Positions 49,600-58,155 of a stretch of 64,000 nucleotides of DNA are shown piece after piece. The position numbers and the translations under genes were made by a program. This DNA comes from an uncultured Nitrospinota bacterium (GTDB lineage Bacteria > Tectomicrobia > Entotheonellia > J063 > CAVPRW01): NCBI GenBank assembly GCA_963707985.1, contig CAVPRW010000025.1, positions 64,001-128,000 on the forward strand, given 5' to 3'. How positions within the stretch are numbered: the stretch's first letter is position 1; every line of letters starts with the position of its first letter. The notes below the pieces were generated by a model, which searched no databases, was not told where the DNA came from, and saw only the letters and a program-made list of their open reading frames with translations.

Positions 49600-50550
49600 T
49601 TACCGATCGGCAGTGCGTGGATCAAGGATATCGCGTAAGCCGTCGCCAAAGAGGTTAAACGCTAACACCGCAAAGGAGATCGCCAGACCTGGGAAGATCG
49701 CCAGGTACGGCCGGGTCTCCATATGCTCGCGCGCCAGGTTGAGGTCCGCCCCCCAGTCAGGCGTCGGCGGTGGCGCGCCCAAGCCCAAAAACGCCAGGGA
49801 GGAGATGATCAGTAACTCGACGCCCAGCGCAATAGTGGCCTGTATGATGACCGGCGACATGCAGTTGGGCAAGACCTGGCGAAAGGCGATATACATATTC
49901 GACTCGCCGGTGGCGTGAGAGGCCTCGACGTAGTCCTTTTCGCGCTCGGCCAGCATTGAACCCCGCACCAGCCGGCCCATACTGGGAATCCGTGCCACCC
50001 CCAGGGCGATGATGAGCCCCACCGTGCTCCAGAAGACCGACAGCTCATAGGCTCTGATCAGGGTGGCAGCGAGCAGAAACAGCAAGATCCCCGGGAATGC
50101 GAACCAGGCATCGAACACCCGCATGATGATGGTATCCAGCTTGCCGCCGTAATAGCCCGAGATCACGCCCACCGGGACACCAAACAAGGTCCCCATCACG
50201 ACCGCCAGTACGGCGATGGTCATGGCCCGTTGGCACCCCCAAACCACCCGAGAAAAGATATCTCGGCCGAATTTATCGGTGCCAAAATAGTGTGCCGCGC
50301 TGGGGCCTTGCAACATCTCCCGGTAATTCTGTTTCACCGGGTCATGGGTGGCGATCAGCGACGGTAGGACCGCCACCAGAAACAGGATGAGGACCATCAC
50401 CGCCCCCACGGTGGCCAGACGATTCCTCCACAGTTCCCAAGCGGCATTCTTGAGCGCCCGCTGGATCCGTGCGGTGCGCCACGCCAGTGTCGAATCGGCG
50501 AGGTCGATGTCGAAGTCCCCAGGGGCTGGCCTGACCGAAACCTGGGCCAT
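49600..50550 (-). CDS. ABC transporter permease (DppC type)
   Basis: FGTDKFGRDIFSR, EKDYVEAS, LAFLGLG..PPTPDWG. Confidence 0.93.
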   Translation of the reverse strand: MAQVSVRPAPGDFDIDLADSTLAWRTARIQRALKNAAWELWRNRLATVGAVMVLILFLVAVLPSLIATHDPVKQNYREMLQGPSAAHYFGTDKFGRDIFSRVVWGCQRAMTIAVLAVVMGTLFGVPVGVISGYYGGKLDTIIMRVFDAWFAFPGILLFLLAATLIRAYELSVFWSTVGLIIALGVARIPSMGRLVRGSMLAEREKDYVEASHATGESNMYIAFRQVLPNCMSPVIIQATIALGVELLIISSLAFLGLGAPPPTPDWGADLNLAREHMETRPYLAIFPGLAISFAVLAFNLFGDGLRDILDPRTADR

Positions 50551-50571
50551 GGGTGCGCTCCTTTCATACCG

Positions 50572-51525
50572 TTATGCCAGTCGAATGCGCGGATTCAACA
50601 GGCGATAGGTGATATCGACGAGCAGATTCACCAGCACAAACGCGACGGACAGGATCATTATCCCCGCTTGTACCATGGGATAGTCACGGCTCATGATGGC
50701 ATCGTAGAGGGTGAGGCCAATGCCTGGCCAGGCAAAGATGGTCTCAATCACCACGGTCCCCCCCAGCAGATTGCCAAACTGCAGGCCGGCAACGGTCACC
50801 GTCGGTATCAGAGCGTTTTTCAGGGTGTACTTGAAGATCACCCGCCATTCCGGCAGCCCGACGGAACGGGCGGTATCGACGTACTCCTTGCGGATTTCGT
50901 CCAGCATCGTTGAACGGGTGAGGCGCGTGGTGATCGCCGCCAGGCGCACCCCGAGCGCCGCCGCCGGCAGCAAGAGGTGTTTGAGGCCCAACCACGGGTC
51001 GTCGAAGGGATTGACATACTCCGACGCGGGCAGCCAGCCCAAGTAGAGGGCGAAGAACAGCACGCAGAGAATGGCGAACCAGAAGTTGGGAATGGAGACC
51101 CCGGCCACCGCTGCGGTGGTCACCGTATAATCCACCATAGTGCGGTGCTTGAGTGCCGCGATAGTGCCCAGCGGCACGGCGATGACCAGCGAGATGATCA
51201 CTGCCACCACCGCCAGGTAGACGGTGGCGGGAATGCGCTTGAAGAGCTCCACCCCGATCGACCGCCGGGTGGTGATCGACTTGCCAAAGTCGCCATGCAG
51301 GACGATCTTCCCCAGCCACGTGAAGTACTGGACATAGATGGGCCGGTCCAGTCCGAGTTGCTTTTCCAGGGCTGCCCGCCGGGCTGGATCATTCGTCTCC
51401 GCGTCACCCGCGAGCGCGTCAATCACATCCCCTGGTAGGGCATGCATAAAGGCAAAGGCCATGATCGACACCAGCAACAACACGGGAATCAGCTGCACGA
51501 AACGGTAGATGATAAACCTGATCAC
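50572..51525 (-). CDS. ABC transporter permease (DppB type)
   Basis: LGLDRP..VQY, EYVDTARSVG, LKNALIP, IETIFAWPG. Confidence 0.93.
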   Translation of the reverse strand: MIRFIIYRFVQLIPVLLLVSIMAFAFMHALPGDVIDALAGDAETNDPARRAALEKQLGLDRPIYVQYFTWLGKIVLHGDFGKSITTRRSIGVELFKRIPATVYLAVVAVIISLVIAVPLGTIAALKHRTMVDYTVTTAAVAGVSIPNFWFAILCVLFFALYLGWLPASEYVNPFDDPWLGLKHLLLPAAALGVRLAAITTRLTRSTMLDEIRKEYVDTARSVGLPEWRVIFKYTLKNALIPTVTVAGLQFGNLLGGTVVIETIFAWPGIGLTLYDAIMSRDYPMVQAGIMILSVAFVLVNLLVDITYRLLNPRIRLA

Positions 51526-51576
51526 GTCGGTGTCCTCTCTTTTTGGTCGGCCAAACAGCCCCTTCCCCCGCCTGTT

Positions 51577-51674
51577 CCCTCTCCCTCCGGGAGAGGGTTA
51601 GGGTGAGGGCGGCTTCAAGCGCGTTCAGCACACCTCGACTTCCCTCACCCCGGCCCTCTCCCAGGGGGAGAGGG
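51577..51674. repeat. Inverted pair of REP-like palindromes (REPIN-like doublet)
   Basis: CCCTCTCCCTCCGGGAGAGGGTTAGGGTGAGGG (51577-51609) and CCCTCACCCCGGCCCTCTCCCAGGGGGAGAGGG (51642-51674). Confidence 0.8.
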
Positions 51675-51719
51675 AGGGTAACATGTTGCCTGTGCTTATC
51701 ACGGGGGAAGGGAGCACTA

Positions 51720-53333
51720 TTACGTCGCCATATAGGCGGCGCGCAGGCCGCCGCCCTGGTAGTGGAGCGCACCCGCCGAGCCCGGCTGGTAGCCGCGCAG
51801 CGTCTTGGCCGCCGCCGAGGTCTGGGTGGTTTCATGCAGGTAGAAGAACGGCAACTCGACGTTGACGATGTTCCAGGCCTCGGTGTACAACTCCTTGCGT
51901 CGGGCCTGGTCTAACGTCTTTTTGGCCTCTTCCACCAACTGATCGTAGCGTTCATTCTGCCACCCCGACAGGGCAGTAGAGTAGTCGCTCTTGGAGTGCA
52001 GATTACGCGCGAAAAAGTCGTCCGGATCGTAGCGGAAGGTGTGGCCCTGGATCGCCGCGGGATGCGTGCCATCGGTCCGGGCTTGGCGCCAGGGCACCGT
52101 ATCGAGAGGATCCACGGCGACTTTGAAGCCGACGGTGCTCCACAGATCCTGGATCACTTGCGCCGTCTCGCGGTGAATGGTGTTGGGCGCCTGACAGAGT
52201 ATCCTGACCTCAGTGCCGACGGCTCGCGCCTCCTTGAGCAGGGCTTTGGCCTTGTCAGGATCGTACTCTAGGCTGCGGATGCCCTCCAGGTGCCAGGGAT
52301 TGCCCTCGGGGAAGGGCTGGTCGGCCATCGCCCCTTGACCGTAAAACACCGCGTGATGGATGGCCTGGCGGTCGATGGCATGCGCCGCGGCGAGGCGCAG
52401 GCGCTTGTCCTGAAAGGGCCCGCGTCGGAAGTTAAAGACCACAAAGTTCCCGCCGCCAGTCCAGCGCCAGAGGTTATATTTGTCGCCCTGGGTCTCCTTA
52501 AAGCGCTCGATATCGGCTTGGGCCATGCTGTTGATGAGCTGGACCTGGCCGGTGCGCAGCGCCGTCAAACGCACCGAGTTCTCCAACTTGGGTTTGCCGA
52601 TGATCTCATCGAGATAGGGCAGGCTATGGCCCTCGCTATCGGTCTCCCAGTAGTTTTCAAAGCGCACCATCTTGGCCTCGTTATTGCGCGTCCAGGAGAC
52701 GAACTTGAACGGGCCTGTGCCAATGGGGTGTTCTGGCGCTGTGTCGAAGGCGTCGGGTGCCATCAGGCGTGTCGGGTAGTGCATGACGCTCGACGGCAGG
52801 GACGCATCCGCCACACTGGCATGGATGCGCACGGTGTACTTGTCGAGGACCTCGACGCTCTCAATGGTGTCCACGGCGCCGCGCTCCCAGTCGCCGCCGA
52901 TGGCGGGGTTTTTGATGCGCATGAGGTTGAGCTTCACCGCCTCGGCATCGACCTCGCGGCCGTTGTGGAAGAGCACGCCCTTACGCAGTCGGAAGGTCCA
53001 GGCGGTGAGCTCCTGGTTAGGCTCCCAACTCTCGGCAATGCCCGGCACGATGTTGCCCCGCTGGTCGAGATCGGTCAGGCCGGTAAACATCACCGTGGTG
53101 GGAGCATAGGTGTGGTTCTGATTATGCGTATGGGCGTCGAGGCCGCCCACATCGAGGCTCGCGCCATAGAGCAGGGTGCCGCGCCGTTGCGGATGCCGTG
53201 TGCCGGCAGCCGTCTGGGCTGCAGCTTGACCGACGAGGTCGAAGGCGGCCATGCCGGCGAGCGCCCCCCCGGTGGTGATCAAGAAGTCCCGCCGCGATAG
53301 TTCAAAAGCTCTTGCACTTTCTCTCTTAGCCAT
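51720..53333 (-). CDS. Family-5 ABC substrate-binding protein with Tat signal (paralog 1)
   Basis: SRRDFL Tat motif, FRLRKGVLFHNG, GTGPFKF, AHAIDR. Confidence 0.93.
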   Translation of the reverse strand: MAKRESARAFELSRRDFLITTGGALAGMAAFDLVGQAAAQTAAGTRHPQRRGTLLYGASLDVGGLDAHTHNQNHTYAPTTVMFTGLTDLDQRGNIVPGIAESWEPNQELTAWTFRLRKGVLFHNGREVDAEAVKLNLMRIKNPAIGGDWERGAVDTIESVEVLDKYTVRIHASVADASLPSSVMHYPTRLMAPDAFDTAPEHPIGTGPFKFVSWTRNNEAKMVRFENYWETDSEGHSLPYLDEIIGKPKLENSVRLTALRTGQVQLINSMAQADIERFKETQGDKYNLWRWTGGGNFVVFNFRRGPFQDKRLRLAAAHAIDRQAIHHAVFYGQGAMADQPFPEGNPWHLEGIRSLEYDPDKAKALLKEARAVGTEVRILCQAPNTIHRETAQVIQDLWSTVGFKVAVDPLDTVPWRQARTDGTHPAAIQGHTFRYDPDDFFARNLHSKSDYSTALSGWQNERYDQLVEEAKKTLDQARRKELYTEAWNIVNVELPFFYLHETTQTSAAAKTLRGYQPGSAGALHYQGGGLRAAYMAT

Positions 53334-53501
53334 CAACGATCTCCTCCTCTGACGCTCATGTGCTGATTACCTGTCAACAAGGAACCACCTGGAACGCCTT
53401 GTCGAGAGTCCGCTCCCGCTGGAACCCCGTCTGCCACCCCATCCAAAGCTGAGATAGTTTCACACCACTTTCACACCCTCTTTTGCTGTCATCCATAGCG
53501 T

Positions 53502-53536
53502 CCCTCCCCCCTGAAGGAGGAAGGTCAGGATGAGGG
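53502..53536. repeat. Degenerate REP-like copy
   Basis: CCCTCCCCCCTGAAGGAGGAAGGTCAGGATGAGGG resembles 51577-51609. Confidence 0.5.
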
Positions 53537-53549
53537 AATGTCATCGCGA

Positions 53550-55151
53550 TTACGTCGCGATATAGGCGGTGCGCAGGCCGCCGCCGAAGTAGGTCAATGC
53601 CCCTGCCGAGCCAGGTTGATAGCCCTGCACCTCCTTGGTTGCCGCCGAGGTAAAGGGCAATTCATGCAGATAGAAATGCGGCAACTCGACGTTGACGATG
53701 TTCCAGGCCTCGGCGTACAGCTCCCTGCGCCGGGCGGGATCAGAGATCCGTTTGGCCTCTTCCACCAGCTGATCGTACCGCGCATTCTCCCACCCCGAGA
53801 GGATCTGGGCATACTCACTCTTGGAGTGCAGGTTTCGGGCAAAATAGTCGTCCGGGTCGTAGCGATAGGTGTTCCCCTGGCTCAGCGCGTCAAACGACCC
53901 CTGCTTGCGCGCATTGAGGTAGGGCACGTTATCGAGGGGCTCCACGGTGGCTTTGAACCCGACGGTGTTCCACAGATCCTGGACCACTTGCGCCGTCTCG
54001 CGGTGCTGCGTGTTGGTCACGTTGAGGACGATCTTGACCTGGGTGTCAACGGCCCGCGCATCCTTGAGCAGGGCTTTCGCCTTGTCGGGATCGTACTCCA
54101 GGCTGCGGATGCCCTCCAGGGGCCAGGGGGTGCCACGCGGGTAGGGCTGGTCCAGCATGTCACCCTGGCCGAAATACACGGCGTGATGGACGGCATTCCG
54201 GTCGATGGCGTGCGCCGCCGCGGTGCGCAGGCGCTTGTCCTGAAAGGGCCCACGCCGAAAGTTGAAGACCACAAACTGGCCGCCGCCATGCCACTGCCAG
54301 GTGGTGTATTTGTCGCCGTAGTCCTTCTTGAAGCGCTCCACATCGGCTTGGCCAAGGGCATCGATCAACTGCACCTGGCCGGTGCGCAGCGCTGTCAGGC
54401 GGACGGAGTCTTCCCCCTTGGGTTTGCCGACGATGGCGTCCAGGTAGGGCAACTGATGCCCCTCGGCATCGGTCTCCCAGTAGTTTTCAAAGCGCACCAG
54501 CTGGGTCTCGTTATGGCGAGTCCAGGAGACGAACTTGAACGGGCCCGTGGCGATGGGATGTTCAGCGGCCGTTTCAAAGGCGTCTGGGGCCATCAACATG
54601 GTCGGGTAGCGCATGACGCTGGACGGCACGGAGGCATCCGGCATGGTCGCATTGATCCGCACTGTGTATTTGTCCAGGACATCCACGCTCTCGATGGTGT
54701 CCACGGCGCCGCGCTGCCAATCGCCACCGATGGCAGGATCCTTGATGCGCATGAGGTTGAGCTTGATGGCCTCGGCATCGACCTCCCGGCCATTGTGGAA
54801 CAGCACCCCCTTGCGCAGCCGAAAGGTCCAGGCGGTGAGATCCTGGTTGGGCTCCCAGCTCTCGGCGATGCTGGGGACGATGTTGCCGCGCTGATCGATA
54901 TCGGTCAGACCGTTGTACATCACCGCCGTCACATTGACGATGTGGTTCTGATTCAGGCGGTGTGCGTCGAGACCCGCGATATCCAGACGCGAGCCATAGA
55001 GCAGCGTGCCGCCCCGCTGCGGATGCCGTTTGCCGGCGGCCGCCGGCTCAATGAGGCCGAAGGCGGCCATACCGACAAGCGCTCCACCAGTAGTCATTAA
55101 GAAGTCACGCCGGGAAAGTTCAGACTTTAGGTCTATCGTTCCTCTGGCCAT
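53550..55151 (-). CDS. Family-5 ABC substrate-binding protein with Tat signal (paralog 2)
   Basis: SRRDFL; highly similar to paralogs 1 and 3. Confidence 0.93.
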   Translation of the reverse strand: MARGTIDLKSELSRRDFLMTTGGALVGMAAFGLIEPAAAGKRHPQRGGTLLYGSRLDIAGLDAHRLNQNHIVNVTAVMYNGLTDIDQRGNIVPSIAESWEPNQDLTAWTFRLRKGVLFHNGREVDAEAIKLNLMRIKDPAIGGDWQRGAVDTIESVDVLDKYTVRINATMPDASVPSSVMRYPTMLMAPDAFETAAEHPIATGPFKFVSWTRHNETQLVRFENYWETDAEGHQLPYLDAIVGKPKGEDSVRLTALRTGQVQLIDALGQADVERFKKDYGDKYTTWQWHGGGQFVVFNFRRGPFQDKRLRTAAAHAIDRNAVHHAVYFGQGDMLDQPYPRGTPWPLEGIRSLEYDPDKAKALLKDARAVDTQVKIVLNVTNTQHRETAQVVQDLWNTVGFKATVEPLDNVPYLNARKQGSFDALSQGNTYRYDPDDYFARNLHSKSEYAQILSGWENARYDQLVEEAKRISDPARRRELYAEAWNIVNVELPHFYLHELPFTSAATKEVQGYQPGSAGALTYFGGGLRTAYIAT

Positions 55152-55406
55152 CCCTGTCCTCCTGTCAGCATGAGCGCTCCGCTCTCAGCGCCTTGAGACC
55201 AAACCTCTAAGGACTAAAGAGCTGCCAGCAAAGAGAGCACTATACAAGTCCACAGTGCCTTCCCTGCAGATCGACGCTGAATCGCTCCTAAACTTCCCTT
55301 CGCTGACGGCCGCCGCCTGAGCAAATCCCCCTATAGAATGAAGGGACAAGCTAGGTAAACAGATACACGATGGAGATACGGCGATGATGGAATGGACATA
55401 TCCCCC

Positions 55407-55523
55407 CTATGAGGGGGACCAGCCACGGGTCAGGAGTTGAGGTTTGACCTGAAAGCGCGGTAGCACACGGAGCAGCGTTGTCGTGCGGGATGCTGCTGAC
55501 AGGTGAGTAATAGCCGGATTCAT
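55407..55523 (-). CDS. Putative leader peptide B (38 aa): MNPAITHLSAASRTTTLLRVLPRFQVKPQLLTRGWSPS
   Basis: RBS ACGAGGA, ATG at 55523, TAG at 55407-55409; F24...P28QLLT32 shared with leaders A and C. Confidence 0.75.
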   Translation of the reverse strand: MNPAITHLSAASRTTTLLRVLPRFQVKPQLLTRGWSPS

Positions 55524-55584
55524 AGGCGTTCCTCGTGTCAGTCACCAACGATATGAATAGTCACATTGATGAAAAAAGTGCCCG

Positions 55585-55613
55585 ATTCTATAGGGTCTTA
55601 GATTATGTGTCAA
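55585..55613 (-). promoter_or_regulatory. sigma70 promoter of leader B
   Basis: TTGACA-17 nt-TAGAAT on the minus strand. Confidence 0.8.
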
Positions 55614-55922
55614 CTGTAATTTATCAGTTAGTGCTTGAAATTCCCTTAGAACACTGAGAATGAACCGAACTCTTTGAAAAAGATGAATCGCGATCTCCGA
55701 CATCTCCTTCGATCTTCCCGATCCTCCCGCGTAGTCATCGTCCTGGATCGGTTGCCCCAACTTCCAGGCATACCGTGACCATGTCCAAGGCTACGATTTC
55801 ATGAACCAGCTCTACGTATTTTGGGAGACCACTTGGCCGGATAATTAGACACCTGCCAAAAACTGGTGGGAGGTGGAGCAAGGGGCAGGGCCCCTCGTTG
55901 GCGGGGTACCCTGCCGCCCTGG

Positions 55923-57523
55923 TTATGCCTCGAGATAAGCGGCGCGCAGGCCACCACCGTGGTAATGGAGCGCGCCCGCCGAGCCTGGCTGGTAGCCGCG
56001 CAGCTCCTTGGCCGCTGCCGAGGTCTGGGTCACTTCATGCAAGTAGAAAAACGGCAACTCGACGTTGACGATGTTCCAGGCCTCGGTGTACAGCTCCTTG
56101 CGCCGAGCCGGCTCCAGCGTCCGTTTGGCCTCCTCCACCAACTGATCGTAGCGCGCATTCTGCCACCCTGTCAGGACCTGCGCATACTCGCTCTTGGAGT
56201 GCAGATTGCGCGCGAAAAAGTCATCCGGGTCGTAGCGGAAGGTGTGGCCCTGGATCGCTGCGGGATACGTGCCCTCGCTCCGGGCTTGGCGCCAGGGTAC
56301 CGTATCCAGGAGCTCTACAGCCACTTTGAAGCCGACCGTGGTCCATAGATCTGGACCACTTGCGCCGTCTCGCGGTGCAGGACATTGTTCACGTTGACGA
56401 GGATCTTGACCTCGGTGCCGACGGCCCGCGCCTCCTTGAGCAGGGCTTTGGCCCGCTCGGGATCGTACGCCAAGCTGCGGATGCCCTCCAGGTGCCAGGG
56501 ATTGCCCTCCGGGAAGGGCTGGTCGGCCATCGCCCCTTGACCGTAATACACCGCGTGATGAATGGCCTGGCGGTCGATGGCCTGCGCTGCCGCAATGCGC
56601 AGGCGCTTGTCCTGAAACGGCCCACGCCGGAAGTTAAAGGCCACAAACTGGCCGCCGCCATGCCACTCCCAGAGGTTATATTTGTCGCCCTGGGTTTCTT
56701 TGAAGCGTTCGATATCGGCCTGGGCCATGGTGTTGATGAGTTGGACCTGACCCGTGCGCAGCGCCGTGAGGCGCACCGAGTTCTCCAACTTGGGTTTGCC
56801 GATGATCTCATCGAGATAGGGCAGGCTGTGGCCCTCGGCATCGGTCTCCCAGTAGTTTTCAAAACGCACCAGCCGGGCCTCGGTATTGCGCGTCCAGGAG
56901 ACAAACTTGAACGGACCTGTGCCAATGGGGTGTTCGGCTGCCGTGTCGAAGGCGTCTGGCGCCATCAGGCGGGTTGGGTAGTGCATAACGTTTGACGGCA
57001 GAGACACATCCGGCATCGTCGCATGGATGCGGACCGTGTACTTGTCGAGGACCTCGACGCTCTCAATGGTGTCCACGGCGCCGCGTTCCCAGTCGCCACC
57101 GATGTTGGGGTCTTTGATGCGCATGAGGTTGAGCTTCACCGCTTCGGCATCGACTTCGCGGCCATTGTGGAACAGCACGCCCTTGCGCAGCCGGAACACC
57201 CAGGCGGTCAGTTCCTTGTTGGGCTCCCAGCTCTCGGCAATGCCGGGGACGATGTTGCCCCGCTGGTCGATATCGGTCAGGCCCGTGTACATCACGGTGG
57301 TTGGGTTCGACACATGGTTCTGATTATTACTGTGTGCGTCGAGGCCTGAGACATCCCCGCTCGATCCAAATTGCAGGATGCCGCTCCGTTGCGGATGTCG
57401 CGTGCCGGCGGCCGCCAGCTCGACGACGCCGAAAGCGGCCATGCCGACGAGCGCCCCACCTGTGGTTAGGAGAAAGTTCCGTCTAGAGATATCGAAACCT
57501 CTGTCAATCCTTCCTCTAGCCAT
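55923..57523 (-). pseudogene. Family-5 ABC substrate-binding protein with Tat signal (paralog 3), -1 frameshift at ~56351
   Basis: SRRNFL. The paralogs read CAG GAT CTG TGG, whereas this copy reads CAG AT CTA TGG (one G missing). Both halves match the paralogs. Confidence 0.9.
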
Positions 57524-57819
57524 CGCTGACCTCCTTCTCAGCGCACCCCTTCGACACTCGCAAGCTGCCGAGCACCGCGGCGTGCGTTGCCGGTGTCCTG
57601 CCACGGCAGCCGACAGCTGGACAGCCTGCCAGGATAGGCCTCACAACACTGAGACCTCCAGGCCAGCGTCGGTACCGCTGCTGGTCGGTTACCGAAAATG
57701 GGCTGCGTCTCCTTGGCGAAGTGCTGCGAAGCCAAGACGAGCAGTCAACCCCCTATACGTCATTGCGGTGAAGGTGACGCTTGCAATGGGGAAATCTGTC
57801 CCTCCCAAGAGGAGGGGAC

Positions 57820-57924
57820 TTACGCAAGGGTGAGGAGCTGAGGCCTTACCAAGAAACGGGGACGCTCTCGTAGGCAAGCCTTGGAGAGAGACGATGGGAA
57901 AAAGCTACAAGGCGAGACTCTCAT
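57820..57924 (-). CDS. Putative leader peptide C (34 aa): MRVSPCSFFPSSLSKACLRERPRFLVRPQLLTLA
   Basis: RBS ACAGGAGG, ATG at 57924, TAA at 57820-57822; F24...P28QLLT32 shared with leaders A and B. Confidence 0.75.
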   Translation of the reverse strand: MRVSPCSFFPSSLSKACLRERPRFLVRPQLLTLA

Positions 57925-57982
57925 GGGTGTCCCTCCTGTCTGTTGCTACAGACGTGAACCAGGGCCCCATTGGGCAGATGTT

Positions 57983-58011
57983 ACCCTATAGAGACGAGTT
58001 CGTATTGTCAA
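57983..58011 (-). promoter_or_regulatory. sigma70 promoter of leader C
   Basis: TTGACA-17 nt-TAGGGT on the minus strand. Confidence 0.7.
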
Positions 58012-58098
58012 GTCTTTTTATGGTCAAAGACCCACGATCACTCTCGCAAGATGCGGATATTGATCAGTATCAATCGGCTAAGCCGAGGTTACCCTAAG

Positions 58099-58126
58099 AC
58101 TAGGGCGATCGCTGGGTCGCCCTAGT
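58099..58126 (-). terminator. Hairpin downstream of the P450 gene
   Basis: ACTAGGGCGATC-GCTG-GGTCGCCCTAGT. Confidence 0.55.
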
Positions 58127-58155
58127 GTATGCGCACAGTGGCACCCTCTTGCCCA

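Noticed and set aside
53538..55100. 520-aa plus-strand ORF (also 52290-53300 and 56360-56995) antisense to the SBP genes
   Set aside because: Shadow ORFs produced by the strong codon bias of the real minus-strand genes; no recognisable motifs or RBS.
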